Below are positions 53,202-63,001 of a stretch of DNA of 64,000 nt, one piece after another. Position numbers and translations under genes: made by a program. Each line of letters begins with the position of its first letter. Within the stretch, counting starts at the first letter, position 1. The notes under the pieces were generated by a model that made no database searches, was not told the origin of the DNA, and saw only the letters and a program-made list of their open reading frames with translations. The stretch lies in sequence record NC_049849.1. One strand, 5' to 3'.

Positions 53202-54110
53202 ATGCTTCTTAAACCACAAAAAGATTTCAGCAGAGACTTCCTGCAAATCTACAACCGAGCACTGGTGGACACCTCAGTAGTAAGCAGACGCGATCCGAAG
53301 CGCTTGTTGAACCTGCGGTGTTCTCAACTCCCGTTCTGCCCTCTAGGTTTCTTCGTTGACGTGTCCCGCAATCCAGCGCTGCAAGCCTTGGACTTTATGG
53401 GTACGTTCTACACGCGAGTGGGCACGGCAGTTCACGAAGTGATGCAAACGGTGCTGATGCAAACGTCAGCAAAGATCGTTGGCGACTGGACGTGCGGTGA
53501 GTGCGGTCAGGTGCACAAGTTCACGAATCAACCGGAGTGCTGTGGCGCTCCGATGACCTACGAAGAAATCTGTTTCGACTACAAGGGTATCCAAGGTCAC
53601 TTGGATACCCTATTCCTCGTTTCAGGGACGATCAAGAAAGGTGAGTTTTGGGTCGTTGACTACAAGACCACATCTGAAAAAGCGAAGTCGAAGAAAGCGA
53701 AGAATCCAGGTGATGCGTACGTTGAGCAGATCATCACCTATGCGTATCTGTTGCGCAAGCAGTACGGCATCAAGGTCACGGGTGTCATGTTGGTATTCAT
53801 TCCCCGAGACAATCCGAAGTCGCCGGTCACGTACTCACGACCGATCACCGACAAGGACTTAAAGAAGCAAGCCGCGAAGCTCAAGATTTACAAGCAAGCC
53901 CACAAGGCAGTGCTGAGCGCCGAGTCGAAGTCCGATGTACTGGGCTTGCTCGACACGTTCGGTACCTGCAGCAATCCCTTCTGCGAAGTTTGCCCTAGCA
54001 GAAACCCGCGTGAGATTTTGAAGACAGCGTACAAAGCCGCCAAGGCTAAGAAGACGCTGCCTCTGCTCGACGCAATCACTAAAGCATCCACGAAAAAGAG
54101 GACGAAGTGA
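53202..54110 (+). CDS. Cas4/RecB-like PD-(D/E)xK exonuclease with probable Fe-S staple and Zn ribbon
   Basis: CSQLPFCP, GTAVHE, CGECG...CCG, GHLD, VVDYKT, QIITY, CSNPFCEVC. Confidence 0.85.
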   Translation: MLLKPQKDFSRDFLQIYNRALVDTSVVSRRDPKRLLNLRCSQLPFCPLGFFVDVSRNPALQALDFMGTFYTRVGTAVHEVMQTVLMQTSAKIVGDWTCGECGQVHKFTNQPECCGAPMTYEEICFDYKGIQGHLDTLFLVSGTIKKGEFWVVDYKTTSEKAKSKKAKNPGDAYVEQIITYAYLLRKQYGIKVTGVMLVFIPRDNPKSPVTYSRPITDKDLKKQAAKLKIYKQAHKAVLSAESKSDVLGLLDTFGTCSNPFCEVCPSRNPREILKTAYKAAKAKKTLPLLDAITKASTKKRTK

Positions 54111-54514
54111 CTATTTATTCAGGACCCGCTCCCATCCTACTCGACTCCTGGCAACGCGCTGTTGTCGGTCGTATTCGCGCACGTACTGCACCCGATGGTT
54201 ATCCGACCAATCGCGCAGTTTCGATTCGCCAGATCGTTCAGTTCGACAACTTGCTTGAGTATCAGCAGCGTCGGCAGATCAATACGTTTGTGCGTGACCT
54301 CGTACGCTATCAAGTGCTCGAGCGTCGCACGAATCCTGGTGGCCACAATGCGTTCTACTACAGCTTCACCAACAAAGGGCTGCACTGGTGCGACCGAGTG
54401 GTGACAGTGAAGAATCGGTTTACGTTTATGGAAGTCATGGACTACATGCACGACCTGTTGGGTGTTGTCAATGACGCACGCCTCCGCCAAGCCATTGACC
54501 ACATGAAGCCCTGA
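54107..54514 (+). CDS. putative winged-helix DNA-binding protein
   Basis: SIRQI...INTFVRDLVRYQVLERR...YYSFTNKG. Confidence 0.5.
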   Translation: MTIYSGPAPILLDSWQRAVVGRIRARTAPDGYPTNRAVSIRQIVQFDNLLEYQQRRQINTFVRDLVRYQVLERRTNPGGHNAFYYSFTNKGLHWCDRVVTVKNRFTFMEVMDYMHDLLGVVNDARLRQAIDHMKP

Positions 54515-54515
54515 C

Positions 54516-54923
54516 ATGAAGCTCACCAAACTCCAGATCATTGCCGCAGCGCGACTCATCAACGAAGAAACGGATAAAACGTTCCAGGAGCGCGAAGACC
54601 TGCTACACAACGTGGTACTCGAAGAAACCGAGGACGGCGGCATTACCATGAACGGAGTGGCGCTCCCGAACCATGCAAGCAACTACAAGTTCCAGCGTGA
54701 GCTCCTTCAGCTAGAACGTAAATACAGCCAAGCGGATCATGTGAACTTCATGACCGCTACGGCAGCAGCCACGACTGTATCCGAACTCGTACACAAGTAT
54801 ACACTGGTATCGACCAACGGCGATGTGGTGACTTCTGCCAAGACCCACCTTCAAGTCACGCCCACGGGTGTGAGCTTGATCGTGACCCTCTACTCCATGA
54901 CCAAACCCGTGACTCTCAAATGA
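54516..54923 (+). CDS. hypothetical protein
   Basis: 135-aa ORF in operon. Confidence 0.65.
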   Translation: MKLTKLQIIAAARLINEETDKTFQEREDLLHNVVLEETEDGGITMNGVALPNHASNYKFQRELLQLERKYSQADHVNFMTATAAATTVSELVHKYTLVSTNGDVVTSAKTHLQVTPTGVSLIVTLYSMTKPVTLK

Positions 54924-56017
54924 CAGCATTTCATCTTGCACATCGACCCCGCACACTCGACAAGCTCATCGGCCATTCCGAAGTCGTGACTCGTCTCCAG
55001 GGTATGGTGAAGACCGGGAAAATTCCCAACGCTATCCTGTTCACCGGTCCCAGTTCCGCAGGCAAGACTACGTTGGCTCGCGCATTCGCTGCAGCGATCA
55101 ACGGCGTTGACTCTGTTGACGAGCTGACCGACTACAAGGAAATGAATGGCACCGATCAGAAAACGATTGAGGACATTCGCCAAGCAGTAACGTTGTCGCG
55201 CTATGCGCCGACGAAGAAGAAGCGCGTGATCGTCATTGACGAAGCGCAGGGTATCATTAGCAATCCGCAGGCAGCAGCCGCGTTGCTCAAGCCTCTGGAA
55301 GAGCCGGCAAAGAATACCGTTTGGATTCTCTGCTCGATGGACCCGCAAAAATTTACGTCGGGTAACGGCAAGGCTCTGGCCAACCGTTGCTCGCAGTTCG
55401 TATTGCAAGCACATACGATCAATGACCTGACCAAGCAAGCCAAGCGCATCATCAAGCGCGAAAAGATGGACTACGCTGAGCCGATCATTGACACCGTGGT
55501 GCAGAACTGCAATATGGAAATGCGCACTCTGGCGAATCTGCTGGAAGGCGTACAGCAGTATTATGATGGGCTGGACAAGAAAGACCGCCCGAAGAAGATG
55601 AAAGAGTCCGATGTAGCTCAGGTTCTTTCAACCGTGGTTTCGAGTGACGAGAAGCTGGCCGTCGAAGTGATGGTTGCTCTATATGCAGGCCAATACGCAA
55701 AGGTGCAACGTGCATTACTCGACGTACAGAACGGCTTCCAGTTCGTTACGCTACTTCTTCAAGCGAACCAGTTCCTTCTCAATTCCGCAATCCTCAAAGG
55801 CGAACGGCACCCCAAGCTCGCCTGGTGGAGCGCAACAAACAAAGAGCTACAAGCCAGAACCAAAAAGATGGAGATTACACTCGGGCAGCTCGCAGCCGTA
55901 AACGAGCGCCTGGTCGAGTGCAAGTCTCAAGCCCAACAATTCCTGGTTAGCCCGGAAGACCTGCTTTCCGCAAAACTTTATCGCGCTATCAAGGATATCT
56001 TTGCTAAGTCGAAGTGA
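54920..56017 (+). CDS. dnaX: DNA polymerase III gamma/tau-like clamp loader subunit
   Basis: HRPRTLDKLIGH, LFTGPSSAGKTTLAR, VIVIDEAQ, ALLKPLEEP, NRC arginine finger. Confidence 0.9.
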   Translation: MTAFHLAHRPRTLDKLIGHSEVVTRLQGMVKTGKIPNAILFTGPSSAGKTTLARAFAAAINGVDSVDELTDYKEMNGTDQKTIEDIRQAVTLSRYAPTKKKRVIVIDEAQGIISNPQAAAALLKPLEEPAKNTVWILCSMDPQKFTSGNGKALANRCSQFVLQAHTINDLTKQAKRIIKREKMDYAEPIIDTVVQNCNMEMRTLANLLEGVQQYYDGLDKKDRPKKMKESDVAQVLSTVVSSDEKLAVEVMVALYAGQYAKVQRALLDVQNGFQFVTLLLQANQFLLNSAILKGERHPKLAWWSATNKELQARTKKMEITLGQLAAVNERLVECKSQAQQFLVSPEDLLSAKLYRAIKDIFAKSK

Positions 56018-56039
56018 CCTAGCATAAGGAGTCCCAGCA

Positions 56040-56840
56040 ATGGACATTTATGTAATCGTTAACAAACGCAAGTCCGTGAGTACGTTGGAAGTCAGCGTAC
56101 CCGCATACAACCACACGATGTATGTGCATCGAGAGTCGCTTCCCCTTTCTCGGCAAGTCGCGTCTATGCAAACCAGTCGTGGTGAACCGCAAGCGCTCAC
56201 GCTGGATACTGTTGAGCGCATCCGCGACATGCAGTATCCAGATGGTCACATCATGACTCTGGAGCAGCTGCTGGCAGATGACTCGAACGACGAAGATGAC
56301 TTCGAAGACCCGGTAGCCGAGGAAGCAGAAGCCGAGTGTGCTTCTGCTAATCCGCCGCTCTGGTATTGCCGAGGCTTCAAGTCAGAAGAAGAGTACGAAG
56401 AGCATCAACGCTCTCTGCAACATCGCCTGGATCGCAGTCACGCGCAAGCCTGGCTCGACCATGTAAGCCCGAAGATGGACCGGCCGATCAAGAGTGTGTA
56501 CGACGTGCAAGAGGAAGTCTTTGCGTCTACTATGCAGATGGCCTTGGAGCGTCCGCTGGTTGACGTGCAGTGCATCATCCGTCCGGTCGTCACTTACGAA
56601 GTCGAAGTTCAAAAGTACACGACGACTCTGGCAGATGATTCGGCCAGCGCTGAGACTTCAACGGTCACATTCAGTGAATTGAAACTCGCGCACAAGTTCG
56701 CCCGTGAGAACTCCAACCTGGACGCGTACGGCAGAGACCACACGCTGAACGAAAGCTACAAAAAGACTCTGCTCGCAGTAGCAGCACTTAACAACATCAT
56801 GAACCCGAGGACGAATGACGATGGCGAAGAAACTGCATAG
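56040..56840 (+). CDS. hypothetical protein
   Basis: AAGGAG RBS; 266 aa. Confidence 0.7.
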   Translation: MDIYVIVNKRKSVSTLEVSVPAYNHTMYVHRESLPLSRQVASMQTSRGEPQALTLDTVERIRDMQYPDGHIMTLEQLLADDSNDEDDFEDPVAEEAEAECASANPPLWYCRGFKSEEEYEEHQRSLQHRLDRSHAQAWLDHVSPKMDRPIKSVYDVQEEVFASTMQMALERPLVDVQCIIRPVVTYEVEVQKYTTTLADDSASAETSTVTFSELKLAHKFARENSNLDAYGRDHTLNESYKKTLLAVAALNNIMNPRTNDDGEETA

Positions 56841-57408
56841 ACCGCGTTGGTCTGCAAGCACCGAACTGCTGCAACGTATTGAAGAATACACGAAGCCGCG
56901 CAACATGAAGCTGTCGTCGTTCCTTCGTGCTGCGGCCATTGCGTATCTGGATTCAGCAGCGTCGAAGGCCGAAGCCAATGTCAATCATGATGAAATGCGC
57001 ATGGCTGAAATGGGAGTGCCGGCAGAGAAGCGCGGCCAGTCGCCGGTCTTTGTTCACATGGACGAAGCAGGCTACTATCGACATGACCAGGTAGAGTCTT
57101 CGAGCAATGACTTGATGGCACTCATGGCAGCCTCAAAGCTACCGGAAGGGTACATCGACTTGCTGGAAGTCTTCGAGACACGCAACGTTAGCGTGCCTCT
57201 GCATACGTGGCTGAAAGCAGCGGGTTTCGAAACCACTGAAGAATTCGATCCGCCGACCGACACCTGCCGTATCGTTAGCAACAACGTGCTGCAAAATATT
57301 CTGGTGACTGGTTTGAAGATTCCGCCTGAAGCTGCGCACGACCCGCTGAAGAGCGGCCTGAAGACTTATGGCGTCTACCTCAACTCCGTCAAAACGGATG
57401 AAGCATGA
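56815..57408 (+). CDS. ribbon-helix-helix domain protein
   Basis: RWSASTELLQRIEEY...MKLSSFLRAAAIAYL. Confidence 0.6.
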   Translation: MTMAKKLHRPRWSASTELLQRIEEYTKPRNMKLSSFLRAAAIAYLDSAASKAEANVNHDEMRMAEMGVPAEKRGQSPVFVHMDEAGYYRHDQVESSSNDLMALMAASKLPEGYIDLLEVFETRNVSVPLHTWLKAAGFETTEEFDPPTDTCRIVSNNVLQNILVTGLKIPPEAAHDPLKSGLKTYGVYLNSVKTDEA

Positions 57409-57989
57409 TTCTCGGCTACTGCGGTACTCATCGCTCTGGTAAGACCACGTTGGCGAAGGCTATGGCTGATCGACTCGGCCTGCCATTCGTGGGCACTTCT
57501 GTGTCCAAGTGCTTTGCAGACCTCGGCTTGCATCCAGCTAACGTGAACAACGCCATCGACCGTCAGCGTGTTCAGGATCACATTCTGATTACGCTTGAAG
57601 ATCAGTGGAACGAACATTCGGACTTCGTGACCGATCGTACTCCTCTGGACTTGATGGCGTACACGTTGACCTCCGGGCATCTGCTGGTTGACGATCAGTG
57701 GCTTGAAGACTACATGGAGTTGTGCGGCCAGTTGATGCGTAAGTTCCACGTCATCGGCTACGTGCCTCCGGGTCTTCCCATCGTGGAAGCTGAACTCAAA
57801 GCAGCATTGACCCAAGTGTCCATTCGCCAAGTCGCGTTTTTGATTCGTGGCTTACTCGACACCTACACAAACACAGAAAGCCGTTTCATCATTCCGTCTT
57901 TGAACATCTACCACTCGCTGGAAAGACGAATCAATTACTCGCTTGCATCGATTGACAGCTACCGGCAAGCAATCAACGAGAAAATCTAA
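57405..57989 (+). CDS. P-loop nucleotide kinase (AAA_28 / NadR-like)
   Basis: ILGYCGTHRSGKTTLA, VTDRTPLDLMAY. Confidence 0.85.
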   Translation: MILGYCGTHRSGKTTLAKAMADRLGLPFVGTSVSKCFADLGLHPANVNNAIDRQRVQDHILITLEDQWNEHSDFVTDRTPLDLMAYTLTSGHLLVDDQWLEDYMELCGQLMRKFHVIGYVPPGLPIVEAELKAALTQVSIRQVAFLIRGLLDTYTNTESRFIIPSLNIYHSLERRINYSLASIDSYRQAINEKI

Positions 57990-58387
57990 TGAACCTGCAA
58001 TTCATGCCTGTACCCGGTATCGGTATCACTCCCGTCTCGCTCCCTCAGTCGAACCGTTCGCTGTTTGTCTACAAGGCCCGCGATCACGCAGCCTTCAGGG
58101 ACTATGCGCGGGAACTGATGGAGTTCACCAATCTCAGCGAGCAGCATCGTGGTGGTGTGCAACTCATCGCGCTGAACAACGACGCGACTGACGAGGAAGT
58201 AGCACACGCTGCATTCTCGCTGCGTGGTCAAACCAACAAGCTGGTCATCATTGTGTGGCGCAACTGGAACATCTGCACGCTCGACGTTCCGGTCTGCCCG
58301 AAGGCCCAAGAGTTGCATGAGGAGCTGGTTCACACGGCACTCAACACCGTGACGACCTCTACGGGTGCAGTGCTGGTGTTGATCTAA
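57989..58387 (+). CDS. hypothetical protein
   Basis: TAATG coupling. Confidence 0.65.
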   Translation: MNLQFMPVPGIGITPVSLPQSNRSLFVYKARDHAAFRDYARELMEFTNLSEQHRGGVQLIALNNDATDEEVAHAAFSLRGQTNKLVIIVWRNWNICTLDVPVCPKAQELHEELVHTALNTVTTSTGAVLVLI

Positions 58388-58830
58388 TGGCATCCGCGCT
58401 TGAAGCCAAGGCGGTAGTCGCCAAGTACTTCACCAAGAAGCGCATGTGTGCCAATGCAGAAATCGGATTGCGCAGTCGTCGTGAAGGCGCAATCCGAGCT
58501 GACATTCTTGCAATGTCGATGAGTCAGGAAATCATCGTGGTGGAAATCAAAAGCAGCGTGGCTGATTTCCGCAGCGACAAAAAGATGCACCTCTATCTCG
58601 ACTACTGCAACAAGGCATACTTGGCGTGCAGTCTCGAAGTGTACAAGAAGATTAAAGCCGACATTCATCCCGGCTTCGGGGTCATGATTATCGGAGAGAA
58701 GTCAGTGCGGGTCATAAAGAATGCCAAGCGGCGGGACATGGACCCCGAGATTCGTATGGGCGTCATCATGCGCCTAGTATTCAGAAATGCAGAATACAAC
58801 CGATTCAAGAAACGGAGAAAGGCACTATGA
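58387..58830 (+). CDS. MmcB-family PD-(D/E)xK nuclease
   Basis: RADILA...VVEIKSSVADFRSDKK...YLDYC..YLA...GFGV. Confidence 0.85.
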   Translation: MASALEAKAVVAKYFTKKRMCANAEIGLRSRREGAIRADILAMSMSQEIIVVEIKSSVADFRSDKKMHLYLDYCNKAYLACSLEVYKKIKADIHPGFGVMIIGEKSVRVIKNAKRRDMDPEIRMGVIMRLVFRNAEYNRFKKRRKAL

Positions 58831-59123
58831 ATGAACGTCTGCAAAACACGCTGGCAGTCTACAATCCCGTTGAAGAAAGCTGGTCTGACATTCCATTCGT
58901 TGATGTGCGGAAAGGCTGGCTGATTAGCGTCACTCATGCGACCGAAGGCAAGCCTGGCTACTATGCAATCACTGCCGAGGACGCGTACTACGAAACCGAG
59001 AGCGACTCCTACAACGTGCAGCATACTGGCGTCTGGTACGACAACGAAGAAGAAGCCGTCGCAGCATACAACGTGTGGCTGAACGATAACGCCTTCGTAG
59101 TTGGAGGTATGATATGCACATAG
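58827..59123 (+). CDS. hypothetical acidic protein
   Basis: ATGA overlap. Confidence 0.65.
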   Translation: MNERLQNTLAVYNPVEESWSDIPFVDVRKGWLISVTHATEGKPGYYAITAEDAYYETESDSYNVQHTGVWYDNEEEAVAAYNVWLNDNAFVVGGMICT

Positions 59124-59308
59124 AGTTCAGCGAGAGTCCGTACAAGTCAGCTACCGAGTCGATATCGCAGCTACGCGAACGACTCAAAGCTTATCGAATT
59201 CAAACCAGCGCTGAAGCCAAGGCTCGAGTCAAGTTGATCGAGAACCTTGACCTCAACGCCTTCACCGTCTACTTGGGCCCAGTAGAAAATGCACAACATC
59301 GTAACTAA
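59114..59308 (+). CDS. hypothetical protein
   Basis: GGAGG RBS. Confidence 0.55.
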   Translation: MHIEFSESPYKSATESISQLRERLKAYRIQTSAEAKARVKLIENLDLNAFTVYLGPVENAQHRN

Positions 59309-59537
59309 CGCCGGCGCGTATGCAGTCGTGAAGCATGCCTTAAACAGCCTGCCGCACGACCTGCCGGGTCTGATTGATTTCGTAAATACCTACAGTGCAC
59401 ATCACAAGGTCCCGGTTGACCTGAAGCACAATGGCTTGGACGTTACCATTACCGTGGGAGGCGTCCAAGCCTCTTTGACTTTGCATCAACCCAAACCGTA
59501 CTACACGGTCACGTATAAGAGCGCCGCTAACACTTGA
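59289..59537 (+). CDS. hypothetical protein
   Basis: 82-aa ORF in operon. Confidence 0.55.
   Translation: MHNIVTNAGAYAVVKHALNSLPHDLPGLIDFVNTYSAHHKVPVDLKHNGLDVTITVGGVQASLTLHQPKPYYTVTYKSAANT
59381..59388 (+). promoter_or_regulatory. TCGTAAATA motif (intragenic)
   Basis: Upstream of 59545 and sbcC. Confidence 0.4.
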
Positions 59538-59544
59538 GGCCATA

Positions 59545-59748
59545 ATGCTTAAAGAATTCACGATCACTGTATCCAAGACGATCCAGACCAAACAGTTCGA
59601 ACCGTTGACGATCACCATCAGCGAGGTCCACACTCACAAGGGCGAAGACCGCAACGAACTCAAGAAGGTTCGCATCAAGTATGCCAAGACGCTGAGTCGC
59701 CAAATCAAGAAACTGATCGAAGGCGAAGCGGAAGAGTATCGTGAGTAA
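59545..59748 (+). CDS. hypothetical protein
   Basis: GAGG RBS; TIQTKQFEPLTI motif. Confidence 0.7.
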   Translation: MLKEFTITVSKTIQTKQFEPLTITISEVHTHKGEDRNELKKVRIKYAKTLSRQIKKLIEGEAEEYRE

Positions 59749-61936
59749 CCTGGTCTGCAATCACTACGACTCGCTTGAGCTAGAGGACTGCTTCCCGTAC
59801 CGTAAGGTGAAGCTTGACATACACCCCGGCATCACGGCGGTGTACGGATTGAACAAAGTCAATCCCAAGTCGAAGAACTCGAACGGCGCCGGGAAGTCGT
59901 ACCTCTTTGGTCAGATTTTTGAAACGCAGTTCCACGAGTCGCTCGGCGGCAAGAACGAAGACCGCATCAAGCGCGGCCAACGTACGCTGCACATGACGAA
60001 CTATCGTGGTCAGAAGATCAAGATCGCTAAAGGCGGCAGCAAGATCGACGTGACCGCTGATGGCGTGTCGCAAGCCCGCACGGCTCCGCTGGCCAAGAAA
60101 GCCATTGCCAATCTGATTCCGATCACGGCAGAGGATTACGAAGCATACGTATTCATCAACTGTCGCCTTGGCCATCCCTTGGTCAGCAGTGGTGACTCGG
60201 AGCGCAAGAAATTCTTTACCAAGTTCTTTCAGATCGACCGCATCGACGAAGAAAAGAAACGCATTGGTAAGCTGCTGCGAGACCTCAAGTCCGTACGCGC
60301 AGCCTACAAAGAAGCGCAGCGGTCGTACGATGAGCTGAAGTCGTCGTTGGCCGAGAAGAAAAGCAAAGACGAGTTGCAGGAAGAGTACGACGAACTCGAG
60401 CAGAAGCTCGAACGTCTGCAACGCAAGCAGGAAGCTCGGCAGGACTATGAGCGCTACACGCTATTCCTGGAGAGCGCACAGTCGCACATCAAGCGCCTGA
60501 AGAAGAAGTGCGAGCTGACCGAAGAAGGCTTGGAGCAGTATCAAGAGTTCATGCGCAATCAAGCTCGTGACCTCAAGCGTGACCTCGAGCAGGCTCATGA
60601 GTATCAAGACTATCTGCGAGCCGCCAAGAAGTACAAAGAAGCTGTGTCGAAGATTCCGGCAGACGTGTACGAAGCATTCAAGGACGCCAAGCTAGAGAAG
60701 CTGGAACGTCAACACTCAAAGGCCACTGAGCTGTCCGATGAGATTGAGTCGAAGGCACGCAAGCTCGAACGCTTGGACTTGGAAGAACCCGAGCGGGTCA
60801 AGAATCCGAAGGTCGACCTCGGTGCGTTGCACACTGAGATTTCCAAGATCGAGCACCAGCTGAAGCACGCCATGAAGTTTGGGTCTGGCGTGTGCGAGAC
60901 TTGCGGTCAGGATGTGAAGACTGCAGACCCGAAGAAGCTCAAGGCCAAACTGCTGGACTACACCGAGCAGGTAAAGAAGGCCAAGCGCTACAAGCAGTAC
61001 GTTGAAGACTTGCAGCAGTATGCAGAGCAGCAGAAGTCCGCAATCAAGCTGAAGTCTGAACTCAAGACGCTGCGCCTAGAACTGAAAGACGTAATCAAGG
61101 CCGCCAACGCCTATACGCATTTCCGCAAGCTGCCGGAGAAACCCGCAAAATTTAATGGGGAAGCCGTAGACGCCAAGGACGTGCAAGACAAGCTCGACCG
61201 AGTGCAGGACGTGCTTGAGTCCATTCGATTCCTACAGCCTTCTATTGACTTGCTGGCTAAAGCTCCGAAGGAAGCCCCGGACTACTCGAAAGAAATTCGC
61301 AAGCTGACTGATCGACTCTCTACGCTCCGAGCAGACCTTGAGGTGGTGAAGACCTACCGCAAGAAACTCAAGCCGCTGAAGGAGCGCCTGGCTGAGTACA
61401 AAGAGAAGTTAGAAGCCGAAGCCGATCTAAAGATCATCTATGAAGGCTACGGCGACAAGGCAATGAAGAAAATGGTGGTCGAGCAAATCTCAGCACTGCT
61501 GATTGCTCAGATCAACAAGTACGCATATGTATTCCCTGAGAAGTACACGTTTGAAATCGTGTGGGACACCAAGCTCCGATTCCTCTGCCATCGCAAGTAC
61601 GGCAAGCGCGTAGAGACTTCGGACGTGCGGAAGCTTTCAGGCGCCGAGTCGACCTTGTTCTCACTCATCCTGGTCAAAGCTCTTCTGACCTTTGTGCCTC
61701 CGCAGAAACGCGCCAACGTATTGATTCTGGATGAGCCTTCGGGTTCTATGCACGAGGAAACTCGACAGTCCACAATCGACTTCTTGAAAATCTTGAACGC
61801 GGTAATCCCGTCAATCGTACTCATCACTCCGAAGACCGAAGAGCTATATCCGAATGCTCGAGCGTACACGGTCATCAAAGAGAGTGGCAGGTCGCGATTG
61901 GTAGAGGGTCACCCATCAACCGTGAGCGCTGCATGA
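59741..61936 (+). CDS. sbcC: SbcC/Rad50/gp46-like SMC ATPase
   Basis: G.N...NGAGKS Walker A, long coiled coils, CETC zinc hook, LSGAE signature, LILDEP Walker B. Confidence 0.92.
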   Translation: MSNLVCNHYDSLELEDCFPYRKVKLDIHPGITAVYGLNKVNPKSKNSNGAGKSYLFGQIFETQFHESLGGKNEDRIKRGQRTLHMTNYRGQKIKIAKGGSKIDVTADGVSQARTAPLAKKAIANLIPITAEDYEAYVFINCRLGHPLVSSGDSERKKFFTKFFQIDRIDEEKKRIGKLLRDLKSVRAAYKEAQRSYDELKSSLAEKKSKDELQEEYDELEQKLERLQRKQEARQDYERYTLFLESAQSHIKRLKKKCELTEEGLEQYQEFMRNQARDLKRDLEQAHEYQDYLRAAKKYKEAVSKIPADVYEAFKDAKLEKLERQHSKATELSDEIESKARKLERLDLEEPERVKNPKVDLGALHTEISKIEHQLKHAMKFGSGVCETCGQDVKTADPKKLKAKLLDYTEQVKKAKRYKQYVEDLQQYAEQQKSAIKLKSELKTLRLELKDVIKAANAYTHFRKLPEKPAKFNGEAVDAKDVQDKLDRVQDVLESIRFLQPSIDLLAKAPKEAPDYSKEIRKLTDRLSTLRADLEVVKTYRKKLKPLKERLAEYKEKLEAEADLKIIYEGYGDKAMKKMVVEQISALLIAQINKYAYVFPEKYTFEIVWDTKLRFLCHRKYGKRVETSDVRKLSGAESTLFSLILVKALLTFVPPQKRANVLILDEPSGSMHEETRQSTIDFLKILNAVIPSIVLITPKTEELYPNARAYTVIKESGRSRLVEGHPSTVSAA

Positions 61937-62640
61937 TCCTCAAAGCATGGGGTGTCTTATCCCATTCCCCGCTAGTACTCAGTAACGCGCTTCGCAGTCT
62001 AGGCGTTTCTCATTCTGTTATCGACACCGAGCAAAAGATTCCTGTTGAGCGCCGTTACGACGGGCTGTGCGCGGTACAGCCTGCGTGGCCTGTCATCGTT
62101 GACTCGATCACCAAAGTCTCTAAGCTGTCGATCATTCCCGATGATCCAAAGATTCTGTTTGTCTTTGACTCACGTGCTGCGTTGCTGCAAACGAATCTGA
62201 AGCCTCTGGTACTCAACGACTTGATGCCTGATGTACAGCGCGCACTGCATATCAACGGGTCGCATGAATTCAAGCTGGTGAAGCGCGAGCCTTCGCTACT
62301 CGAATTCATTGACATGGCTACCAAGCCTTCGGTGTTGCGCACGCTGCAGACTGCCTGGTGCAAGATCAATCCATATGCTTACCGCAAGGAAGTGCAGGAA
62401 GCGATCATCCTCTACATCGAAGGCTCGCGTAGCTTCAAAGCTACCAAAGCTGTGCTGGAAAAGAATCTCCGCGCAGAGGCCATGCTGCCGACCTTGAAGT
62501 CCGATGAATGCGCAGCACTCATTGAGGCCGTACGTTTGTACAAGGCCGGAGCCAATCTAGATCAGATATGCGAGCACTTTAATATGGAGAGCTTCGACAT
62601 AACCTACATTGTCTCCGCAAGGAAGAAGTATGCCAACTAG
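61933..62640 (+). CDS. hypothetical protein
   Basis: ATGA overlap; 235 aa. Confidence 0.7.
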   Translation: MILKAWGVLSHSPLVLSNALRSLGVSHSVIDTEQKIPVERRYDGLCAVQPAWPVIVDSITKVSKLSIIPDDPKILFVFDSRAALLQTNLKPLVLNDLMPDVQRALHINGSHEFKLVKREPSLLEFIDMATKPSVLRTLQTAWCKINPYAYRKEVQEAIILYIEGSRSFKATKAVLEKNLRAEAMLPTLKSDECAALIEAVRLYKAGANLDQICEHFNMESFDITYIVSARKKYAN

Positions 62641-63001
62641 ACTTACGCTGATTGATCCAGCGCGCACTCTATTCTTCGTAGACGTGCCCGATGGTGAATT
62701 CATCATGAACTGCAACGGTGACTTCGTTGACCCCACCAAGGTCGTGAGTGTGCGCACCGTCTCTGTTAACCGCGAACATTTGTTCACGCCGTTTGTGCGT
62801 GACGCGCTTCCAAAACTATTACAGACCGCCGAGTATTGGTGCTACGGCGTCGTAGGTCACGAGCCCGTGGCCGCTGTTGAATACCCAAACCCAACTCTTA
62901 TCTACGCACCCGATCCTACGGGTGGGCAGTGCATCTGCGGCGTAACCTGCCTGGGTGATAACCTGTCCTTCGTACGAATCATTCAAAAGGAAACATCATG
63001 A
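62630..63001 (+). CDS. hypothetical protein
   Basis: Likely start ATG 62630 (AAGGA RBS). Confidence 0.6.
   Translation: MPTRLTLIDPARTLFFVDVPDGEFIMNCNGDFVDPTKVVSVRTVSVNREHLFTPFVRDALPKLLQTAEYWCYGVVGHEPVAAVEYPNPTLIYAPDPTGGQCICGVTCLGDNLSFVRIIQKETS

Noticed and set aside
53202-54110. CRISPR-Cas locus
   Set aside because: No regularly spaced repeat-spacer array and no cas1, cas2 or effector gene seen in the window.
59741-61936. Intein in SbcC
   Set aside because: Extra length is heptad coiled coil around a CxxC hook; no intein terminal motifs or LAGLIDADG blocks.
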